Assembly: GCA_027451385.1 (NCBI GenBank)
Contig: DAIDJJ010000005.1
Coordinates: 1-40,044 of the forward strand
Source of the DNA: Spirochaetales bacterium
GTDB lineage: Bacteria > Spirochaetota > Spirochaetia > JABEVK01
Length of the DNA: 40,044 bases
Direction of reading: 5' to 3'
This document shows, piece by piece, positions 29,229-35,280 of this stretch. Position numbers and translations under genes: made by a program. The notes beneath the pieces were generated by a model. The model did no database searches. It had not been told where the DNA came from and worked only from the letters and a program-made list of their open reading frames with translations. Every line of letters begins with the position of its first letter. The stretch's first letter is position 1.

Positions 29229-29295
29229 CTAATAGGGCAAAGTGTGATGAACGTGAAAGGTCTGGATCCTGAAAAGGTCCTCCGCGAGCTCTTCT
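29229..29295 (-). pseudogene. 3' remnant of a higA paralogue
   Basis: 29248-29295 matches 30242-30289 at 44 of 48 nt; encodes EELAEDLFRIQTFHVHHTLPY*, compared with EELAEDLLRIQTYHVQ in higA. Confidence 0.85.
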
Positions 29296-29305
29296 ACTTC
29301 ACTTC

Positions 29306-29340
29306 TTGATTTCATACTACTCTCGTATTACATTGTTCTT
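29306..29340 (+). promoter_or_regulatory. Leaderless-type sigma70 promoter of the RHH-mazF module
   Basis: TTGATT-N17-TACATT, then 6 nt, then ATG; no SD; atac...gtat inverted repeat in the spacer. Confidence 0.65.
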
Positions 29341-29568
29341 ATGAAAGTCAAAACCTCTATCTCTCTTTCATCAAATATTCTCGAAAAAGTGCAACAAGTC
29401 ACTTCAGAAGGTACCCGATCAGAATTCATTGAAAGGGCTCTTTGGCACTATTTTGATTCCTTACAAAGAGAGAGGAGAGACCAAAAGGATGAAAAGATTC
29501 TCAATGAGTCGGCTGAACGCTTGAATATTGAAGCTAACGACATTCTCGGCTTTCAAATCCCTGTATGA
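29341..29568 (+). CDS. Ribbon-helix-helix (CopG-like) antitoxin
   Basis: [10 protein letters not shown]...RSEFIE.AL; ATGA overlap with the PemK/MazF-like gene. Confidence 0.85.
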   Translation: MKVKTSISLSSNILEKVQQVTSEGTRSEFIERALWHYFDSLQRERRDQKDEKILNESAERLNIEANDILGFQIPV

Positions 29569-29894
29569 AACGTGGAGAACTTTACCGGGTTTATCGTGGT
29601 ACACGTACAGACACCAAGGATTTCCGAGTCTTTGTAGTTCTCAGTAGGCAAGTTTTGATTAACTCAAAGTTTTCTACCGTCACCTGTGCTCCTATCTATT
29701 CCGCCTATGATGGACTTTCCACTCAGGTATTAGTCTGACAGGACGAAGGTTTGAAACATGAGAGTTCGATCCACTGCGATGAATTGGTCAGCATCCCGAA
29801 AATCATGCTCACTGACTACATTGGCAAACTTTCAGATGACAAGACAGCTGAGTTGAGGCAAGCTCTCCTGATTGCTCTTGAAATCGAAGATTAA
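29565..29894 (+). pseudogene. mazF: PemK/MazF-family toxin with an internal TGA at codon 58
   Basis: MKRGELYRV...RVFVVLSRQ...TVTCAPI...[26 protein letters not shown]...IGKLS...ALEIED; TGA at 29736-29738; absent from the ORF track. Confidence 0.88.
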
Positions 29895-30213
29895 TTTGCA
29901 TTCAAATCGCATTTTCTTCCTTCCCACCCTCAGGGCCCAGCTAATTATGTGTCAAGTTCGGAGGACCTGCATAACTGTCCCTTACAAGCTGAGTTCACCA
30001 TGAGGCCCAAGGCTAACCAATCGCAGGGTTTAGTCGTTTGGTTATTGATAATTTAAAACCAAATCAGGTTTGATGTGACAGTCTCAGTTATCTGTCCAGT
30101 CATTTGACAAGACATGTTCTTGGAAACGAAGTTAACAGGACCATTCAATCGTCCGTATCTAATGCGTTCCAACTCAACCTTCCTGGCCCAGTAATTCTAT
30201 AGCACATTGCCGG

Positions 30214-30534
30214 TTAAATCGCATGAGACAAATCATTGCACTGAACGTGATACGTCTGGATCCTTAAAAGGTCCTCCGCAAGCTCTTCTTTCTTGGTTTC
30301 AAGATCAAACTGCGTCTGAATATTGATCCAGAATTCCGGTGTCGTTCCAAAAAACTTCGCGAACCTCAAGGCTGTATCAACCGTAATCGATCTTTTGCCC
30401 CTAATAATTTCAGAAATTCTCGTTTGATCAATCATTGTGCCTTTTGCGAGTTTGTAGGCAGTGAGCTCCATAGGAATCAGGAAATCTTCAGACAAGATTT
30501 CGCCGGGATGGATTGGGGCAATTCTATCTTCCAT
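30214..30534 (-). CDS. higA: HigA-family antitoxin (HTH XRE)
   Basis: PIHPGEIL.EDFL.P, RISEIIRGKRSIT.DTALR..KFFGTTPEFW.N.Q. Confidence 0.95.
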   Translation of the reverse strand: MEDRIAPIHPGEILSEDFLIPMELTAYKLAKGTMIDQTRISEIIRGKRSITVDTALRFAKFFGTTPEFWINIQTQFDLETKKEELAEDLLRIQTYHVQCNDLSHAI

Positions 30535-30543
30535 TTTCCTCTC

Positions 30544-30825
30544 CTAACGATAGTCGACAATTTCGACTCCAGTTGCATTTCCATTTTCCCAAAAGAAGCA
30601 AATCCGCCACTTCTCGTTGATTCGGATACTCCATTGATCTTTTCGATCACCAGATAGCTTCTCCAATCGGTTTCCAGGCGGAACCCTAAGGTCCTCAATT
30701 GCCTTAGCAGAATGTACTTGCACCAGTTTTCGCTTGGCCGTTCTTTGAATGTCCTGAGGAAGCAACCTCGAAAATCTGCCATTCCAAATTGTCTCGGTTT
30801 CGGAGTCAGCCCACGACAGGATCAT
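30544..30825 (-). CDS. higB: HigB-family (RelE-like) toxin
   Basis: MI.S.AD.ETE, DLRVPPGNRLEKL.GDR..QWSIRIN..WRICF, VEIVDY; upstream of higA. Confidence 0.95.
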   Translation of the reverse strand: MILSWADSETETIWNGRFSRLLPQDIQRTAKRKLVQVHSAKAIEDLRVPPGNRLEKLSGDRKDQWSIRINEKWRICFFWENGNATGVEIVDYR

Positions 30826-30930
30826 AGGTCAATGGTAATATTATTCAATACTATTCGCCAGAAGGACCTTCTTGTCCACTGCCCGATGGGTCAATCGTAC
30901 GAAGCTGTATCGTCTATTTCTAGTTCTGCT

Positions 30931-31058
30931 AGCCCCCTCGCCCCATCCCCACTACAGGAACTCCAAAACGATTAAGAACTGATCCGCCACTATGCATCAC
31001 ATCGGTACGCTCACTCTCGGCAGGTTCTCTGCTTGAGGTTCTCCCTTTGCATCGGGAC
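30931..31058 (-). mobile_element. Group II intron RNA fragment (domain II/III region, IIB/class D-like), degenerate
   Basis: Minus strand GATGCAAAGGGAGAACCTCAAG...GTACCGATG...GGCGGA...CCTGTAGTGGGGATGGGGCGAGGGGG resembles the recalled DII-DIII of RmInt1-like introns. Confidence 0.7.
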
Positions 31059-31130
31059 ATTTTTAAAAAGAGCCTTGAGTTCTGAAGCTGTCAACTTTGA
31101 GTTTTAAACCTGCATCAAGCGGTGTCAACT

Positions 31131-31191
31131 AATACAAAAAACAACCCTAAACTGACGTGTTTTTGGGGAAAACTTGACGTCAATTTAGGGT
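31131..31191 (-). terminator. Probable intrinsic terminator of the Ig-domain lipoprotein gene
   Basis: 15-bp arms 31144-31158 and 31177-31191 (1 mismatch), followed on the minus strand by TGTTTTTTGTATT. Confidence 0.65.
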
Positions 31192-31230
31192 ATAGGTTAA
31201 GTGGACATCTGACTCCGGTCTTGTTTCTGG

Positions 31231-32172
31231 TCAGAAAGTGTTAACAAATAGTGTTGGGCCTGGAGCCGAATTACTCGTACTTGATTGCGTGCCGACAAGC
31301 ACACCGTCGATATATGCCGAGAGAGTGAGAGTCGCTGTTCCGCTGGCCACAAAATCAATTGCAGATGCAAACAATGAGTCACCGACAGTCCCGGTGAAAG
31401 TCATAGTGTAGGTTTTAGAGTAAGGCAAATTCATATTCATAAAGCTATCTAGAGAAGATTGGATACTTGACGGAGTATTATCCATATAAATGCTGAGTTG
31501 CCCTGCTTGAAAACTCCCTACCCCGGTTGTGGTGAAGGTAACTTGATGTGTTCCGGTCAATCTACCTTGATCACCCCACTGGGCGTAGAGCGTAAAACTC
31601 CCGCTGGGTGGTGAGAAGACAGCTTGCTTGTAGTAACTGGTTCCGCTTCCATCTTTGGATGTGTTCCAATCAATAAAAGACAGACTTTGATTAGTGAAGG
31701 TGTTTGACGCAAGTTTAACCACAGAGCCAGCTTGAAAACTTTGCGAGCTCATCGAACCATTCCCGCCATTCGGGTTAAAAGAAATAGTGTAAGTTACTGG
31801 CTGAGTAACCGTAATATTACAGCTCGCGGAGAACCCCCCGTCGATTGTAGTTGCACTAATAGTAGCGCTACCGTAACCTATCGCCGTAACAAGCCCGGTC
31901 TGAGAAACAGTAGCTACGCCAACGTTTGTGGAATTCCATGTTAAAGATTGGTTTGTCGCATTTGATGGAGCAACAGTTGCTATTAATGACCAAGTTGTAC
32001 CAAGATTGCTTGTGTTTAGTGTACTACTGTTCAACGTAACACTGGTGACGCTTACATTTGAGTTTACAGTTGAACTACCAGATGAAGAACTGCCGCCTGT
32101 TGGACTTGAGCAACTGAAAATCGTTAATAAACCAATGATCAATAATCCAGGTAGAGTTCTTCTCGCATTCAT
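31231..32172 (-). CDS. Lipoprotein with a bacterial Ig-like (Big_2) domain and an InlB B-repeat-like domain
   Basis: Lipobox IFS-C, Ser-rich linker, V.SVTL...ATVAPSNATNQ.LTW.S....ATVS..GLVTA...G.ATI.ATT.DG, then YTISFNPNGG.G...WNT..DGSG..Y...TLYAQW; visibly AT-richer than the core genes. Confidence 0.85.
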   Translation of the reverse strand: MNARRTLPGLLIIGLLTIFSCSSPTGGSSSSGSSTVNSNVSVTSVTLNSSTLNTSNLGTTWSLIATVAPSNATNQSLTWNSTNVGVATVSQTGLVTAIGYGSATISATTIDGGFSASCNITVTQPVTYTISFNPNGGNGSMSSQSFQAGSVVKLASNTFTNQSLSFIDWNTSKDGSGTSYYKQAVFSPPSGSFTLYAQWGDQGRLTGTHQVTFTTTGVGSFQAGQLSIYMDNTPSSIQSSLDSFMNMNLPYSKTYTMTFTGTVGDSLFASAIDFVASGTATLTLSAYIDGVLVGTQSSTSNSAPGPTLFVNTF

Positions 32173-32197
32173 ATTACTTCCTTATTAACTGGTAGAA

Positions 32198-32265
32198 ATA
32201 GATATAATATGATTATATCTATCAGGCCGACTAGGAGTTTAAGATTCATCAATCCAGATAGTCAA
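32198..32265 (-). promoter_or_regulatory. Promoter and perfect palindrome upstream of the lipoprotein gene
   Basis: Minus strand TTGACT-N18-TAAACT (32265-32236); ATAGATATAAT-atg-ATTATATCTAT at 32198-32222. Confidence 0.55.
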
Positions 32266-32348
32266 GCGGTTTGGCCAAGTTTTCAAATCGTCCAAAGGTG
32301 TCTTACCGGAAGTAGGGAGATGCCGGTGGCTATCCGCCCCTTTAGTTT

Positions 32349-32663
32349 CTAGGGAATGCTGGTCTCCATCAGATCTGCGACCCTCGGCTTGGCCGTTAGT
32401 TCGATTCCTAAAGCCTTCATAACTGTGAGCATGGTCTTGAGAGTGGGATTTCCGCGTCCGCTGAACGACCGATAGAGTTGTTCGCGTGAGAGACCTGTTT
32501 TCTTTGCAACTTCGCTCATCCCCCGGGCGCGGGCAACCACTCCAAGCGCGTGTGCTATGTATTCAGAATCCCCTGATTCGAACGCGTCGGCCATGAAAAC
32601 CGCAAAAGACTCATCCGAAGTCAAAACCTCAGCTGGGTCAAAACTTGTGATAGATTCATTCAT
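32349..32663 (-). CDS. Addiction module antidote protein (HI1420-like HTH)
   Basis: FD.AE.L, ALGVVARARGMSEVAKKTGLSREQLYRS.S..GNPTLKT. Confidence 0.92.
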   Translation of the reverse strand: MNESITSFDPAEVLTSDESFAVFMADAFESGDSEYIAHALGVVARARGMSEVAKKTGLSREQLYRSFSGRGNPTLKTMLTVMKALGIELTAKPRVADLMETSIP

Positions 32664-32962
32664 GATTCATCCCTCCATTCTGCGGCCAAACGCTTGGCGG
32701 TCCCAATGTCCTCAGATTGGGAGGCTTTATCACCGCCGCATAAAAGAATCAAAATCTCGGTACCACGTTGCTGGTAATAAACTCGGTAACCTGGGCCATG
32801 GTGAATTCGCAGTTCGCTTATACCTCCCCCGACAGCTTGCACGTCACCAGCCAAGCCATAGGCTAAGCGATCCAACCGGGCGGCCACCAAGACGCGCGCT
32901 CTATCGTCGCGTAGCTTGGCTAACCACTTCCTAAAGGTTTCCGTCTGCTTCAATACTTTCAT
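32660..32962 (-). CDS. Addiction module killer protein (RelE/ParE-like, HI1419-like)
   Basis: F.KWL.KLRD, GD...VGGG.SELRIH.GPGYRVYY, LLCGGDK.SQ..DI..AK. Confidence 0.92.
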   Translation of the reverse strand: MKVLKQTETFRKWLAKLRDDRARVLVAARLDRLAYGLAGDVQAVGGGISELRIHHGPGYRVYYQQRGTEILILLCGGDKASQSEDIGTAKRLAAEWRDES

Positions 32963-32996
32963 ACTGAAGTGTAGTTTATGGACTACGATTCGTCAA
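32963..32996 (-). promoter_or_regulatory. Leaderless-type promoter with operator for the killer/antidote module
   Basis: TTGACG-N17-TACACT, then 5 nt, then ATG; GTAGT-N6-ACTAC inverted repeat at 32971-32986. Confidence 0.7.
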
Positions 32997-33069
32997 GCGG
33001 GTCGATCACCTCTGCCAAACAGGTCTTCTGTGCACTTAGACTTGCCCTGATGACTCATGAATTCCTAGG

Positions 33070-33292
33070 CTGCGGTTCACTTGCGTTCGTCTCTTGATAC
33101 CCCCAGTCTATCCGGGGCTTTTAACCGGTTTCACGACCAAGGGCTCTTCATCCCAGCCGCATTCGGTGGTTTGGAACCAGCCCTTGTAGACAGATTCCGA
33201 TGGGCCACACTGTTTCCAATGTTCCTTCATCTGTCACATAGTTACGGATTTTACGTCCCTCTCTCGGGTTAGTTTGCCTCCTCGTGGCACAC
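33070..33292 (-). mobile_element. Group II intron 5' end and first part of domain I (IIB/class D-like), truncated
   Basis: Begins GTGTGCCACGAG (GUGYG consensus) at 33292; contains CAAACCACC, AAGAGCC..GGTCGTGA, GAGACGAACGCAAGTGAACCGC as recalled for RmInt1-like domain I. Confidence 0.8.
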
Positions 33293-33313
33293 AAACTTTG
33301 TTAGATGCAATTC

Positions 33314-33547
33314 CTATTCATCAAACCTCTCAGCCGGAACGTCAGGAACCTTTGAGAGAATCTCTGAAAATCTCTTCCGATTACCTCTGCTCGCGCGACT
33401 CTTAAGGTAACTTTCCGTTTCAAGTGCTGTGATTTTTTCGGTGACGGCAGAGGCAATGAATTGATTGATCGAGATATTGTCGTCTTTGGACACTCTCTTA
33501 ATCATTTCGTGTAAAGAGTCCGGTAGCCTAATGCTCAGCGTGCTCAT
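33314..33547 (-). CDS. RHH/HicB-like antitoxin (partner of a PIN toxin)
   Basis: MSTLSIRLPDSLH......SINQFIASAV.EK..ALETE.YL..RA.RG...F..IL.KVPD; GGAGGAG RBS. Confidence 0.88.
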   Translation of the reverse strand: MSTLSIRLPDSLHEMIKRVSKDDNISINQFIASAVTEKITALETESYLKSRASRGNRKRFSEILSKVPDVPAERFDE

Positions 33548-33636
33548 TTTTCTCCTCCAAATAATTCCAGAATTTTGCGGGGCCCGACAACCTCAATCCC
33601 AAAACGCTCGTTGCCTTGAAAGTCCTTCAGGTTCAG
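33544..33636 (-). pseudogene. C-terminal remnant of a PIN-domain toxin
   Basis: LNLKDFQGNERFGIEVVGPRKILELFGGEK* with ATGA overlap into the antitoxin; in-frame TAG shortly upstream and no start codon. Confidence 0.78.
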
Positions 33637-33657
33637 TGAGCCCTAAAGACAAATGGC

Positions 33658-33687
33658 AAAAAAAAAGTCCTTCCCAAGGAAGGACTT
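33658..33687 (-). terminator. Intrinsic terminator after tRNA-Leu
   Basis: AAGTCCTTCC-N3-GGAAGGACTT hairpin followed by a T-run on the minus strand. Confidence 0.9.
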
Positions 33688-33696
33688 ACCAATCAT

Positions 33697-33778
33697 TGCC
33701 CAGAGGGGGACTCGAACCCCCACACCTTGCGGCACTAGTACCTGAAACTAGCGTGTATACCAATTTCACCACCTGGGC
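33697..33778 (-). tRNA. tRNA-Leu(CAG)
   Basis: GCCCAGG/TCTGGGC acceptor stem, CTAGT-TTCAGGT-ACTAG anticodon arm, long variable arm, GGTTCGAGTCC T-loop; CCA not encoded. Confidence 0.96.
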
Positions 33779-33787
33779 AGTGGGCCC

Positions 33788-33816
33788 AAATTAAAGGAAA
33801 TTGGGGCCTCTGTCAA
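33788..33816 (-). promoter_or_regulatory. tRNA promoter
   Basis: TTGACA-N17-TAATTT, about 10 nt upstream of the tRNA 5' end. Confidence 0.7.
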
Positions 33817-33817
33817 G

Positions 33818-34321
33818 TCAGGACTGAATATCGATCTTGATGCCAGTTTTCGGTGTCGGGGCATCTTTGGGTGAAACCACCACCCTCAGAAGGCCATTCT
33901 TAAACGTTGCCGCCACTTGCGACTGGTCAAACTTATCAGCTGGCACATAATACTTCTGATTTTCAATGGATTTGAGTTTAAGTCGATGCTTCAGATAGCG
34001 GACATCCGGCTCATCCTCCAGCACCTGGGTCCTGGCTGAAAACACCATATAATCCCCCACAAACGACAGCTCCAAATCCTCTTGCTCAAACCCAGCCAAA
34101 GCCATCTCAAACACCAAAGCTTTGTCCTGAGTCAAGTACACATTGGTCGGGGGGTACGAATAGGCAGGATAAAAGTCTAAGCCTTCCGCCAGGCCTTTTC
34201 CAAAACCCCAGCCCTTCTCCATCTCTGAGCGGAACTTCTCGTTCCAAGTTTCCACCTGGCCAAAAACTTCGTCCAGGAATTTATTTAGGTCCATGAAAGG
34301 GAATTTATTGTCCTTGATCAT
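33818..34321 (-). CDS. Hsp20/alpha-crystallin family small heat shock protein
   Basis: YPP.NVY, EMALAGF...D, A.FKNGLL.V; GGAGG RBS. Confidence 0.88.
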   Translation of the reverse strand: MIKDNKFPFMDLNKFLDEVFGQVETWNEKFRSEMEKGWGFGKGLAEGLDFYPAYSYPPTNVYLTQDKALVFEMALAGFEQEDLELSFVGDYMVFSARTQVLEDEPDVRYLKHRLKLKSIENQKYYVPADKFDQSQVAATFKNGLLRVVVSPKDAPTPKTGIKIDIQS

Positions 34322-34324
34322 GGC

Positions 34325-34386
34325 AACCTCCTTACGGCAGGTTCTTGTGGGCCCTCAAAGGCGCCCTGAGGAGCAACGCTCCCTCA
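34325..34386 (-). promoter_or_regulatory. Candidate ROSE-like RNA thermometer in the hsp20 5' UTR
   Basis: Three consecutive hairpins; the last, AACCU(G)CC-GUAA-GGAGGUU, pairs the SD opposite a bulged G. Confidence 0.55.
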
Positions 34387-34482
34387 TCCAATATAATACC
34401 GCGAGAGCCTTTCCGAAAGCGTTCATCTCAGTTATCTTGACGCGAAACTTTACGCAAAACTTTCGAAGCTGAAAGGAAAATT

Positions 34483-35280
34483 ATGCGCCTTGTATACATT
34501 GCCGAAATCGTCGGTAAACCGGGGTTGTTCGCGTTGCGCCACACGCTAGAAGACCTCAAGTTGAGGTACAGTCCCGAGGTCCTTTGGGGCAATGGTGACG
34601 GTGTGACCGGTGGTTTTGGCCTGGGTTTGAATCATGCCCATACTCTGCGAAGTCTCGGTCTGCAAGTTATCACCCTCGGCGATTGCGCCTTTTACAAGAA
34701 AGATGTTCATCCTCTGTTAACCACGGCACGCTTTCTTTTGCGTCCAGAAAACTTGCCCTCAGAAGCTCCCGGTCGAGGCTGGCGACTATTGAAGCTGGGG
34801 AACCAAACCCTGGCCTTTCTCAGCCTCTTGGGTCAAGCCGGTTGGAACCGTCTCAATCCCTCTTCACCTTTCGAAGCCTTTGACCGAGTTTTTGAACGAC
34901 TAGCCGGCCAAAATATCCCCCTCTTCGTGGATTTTCACGCCGCTACCACCGCTGAGAAACAAACCCTCTGGGCACACGTGGAGGGCAAAGCGACCGTCCT
35001 GATAGGAAGTCATGCTAAGGTCGCCACAGCCGACGCCTACCTGAACGCCCAAGGTTGTGCTTACCTAACGGATGCAGGGCGCACCGGTAGCCGAGCTTCG
35101 ATAGGAGGCTTTCTTCCCGAAAGGGAACTTCAACGCTTACAAACTGGCATACCCTTAAAAAGTGAACCCTCTTGGCAGGAACTCGTCGTCGAAGGTGTTT
35201 TTATGGAGTTAGAGAACAATCGAGTCGTGACCTTTGAACCCTTTACACAGTCATGCCCCGTAAAACCGACGTCTACTTAG
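34483..35280 (+). CDS. YmdB/TIGR00282-family metallophosphoesterase (divergent motifs)
   Basis: IVGKPG, GGFGL, ITLG, LRP.N.P...PGRG, VDFHA.T.AEK, TD.G.TG...SIGG. Confidence 0.85.
   Translation: MRLVYIAEIVGKPGLFALRHTLEDLKLRYSPEVLWGNGDGVTGGFGLGLNHAHTLRSLGLQVITLGDCAFYKKDVHPLLTTARFLLRPENLPSEAPGRGWRLLKLGNQTLAFLSLLGQAGWNRLNPSSPFEAFDRVFERLAGQNIPLFVDFHAATTAEKQTLWAHVEGKATVLIGSHAKVATADAYLNAQGCAYLTDAGRTGSRASIGGFLPERELQRLQTGIPLKSEPSWQELVVEGVFMELENNRVVTFEPFTQSCPVKPTST

Noticed and set aside
29736-29738. TGA reassigned to Gly/Trp, or selenocysteine, in mazF
   Set aside because: TGA terminates trpE, trpA and other genes here, and the position is not a Cys site
29895-30213. Group II intron DV/DVI or an IS end in the mazF-higA intergenic region (gtgtcaagttcgg; two ggcccag.taatt motifs)
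   Set aside because: No recognisable catalytic DV hairpin; the matches are short enough to be chance
30172-30219. attC after higA (ATTTAAC...GTTGAGT)
   Set aside because: Only 48 nt, with no convincing internal pairing
30712-30975. ORFs 30712-30975 (+) and 33081-33272 (+)
   Set aside because: They are antisense to higB or to the intron RNA fragments and show no protein family features
31121-31202. attC site formed by ACTTAAC...GTTGACA around the large hairpin
   Set aside because: Spacers are strongly asymmetric and the right box is not GTTRRRY; a terminator explains it better
31115-33000. TCAAGCGG recurring in three island intergenic regions
   Set aside because: Only 8 nt, and two copies overlap minus-strand -35 boxes (TTGAC); not enough to call a repeat family
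29080-33700. Intact integrative element or prophage at tRNA-Leu
   Set aside because: No integrase, transposase or phage gene, and no duplicate of the tRNA 3' end found by eye
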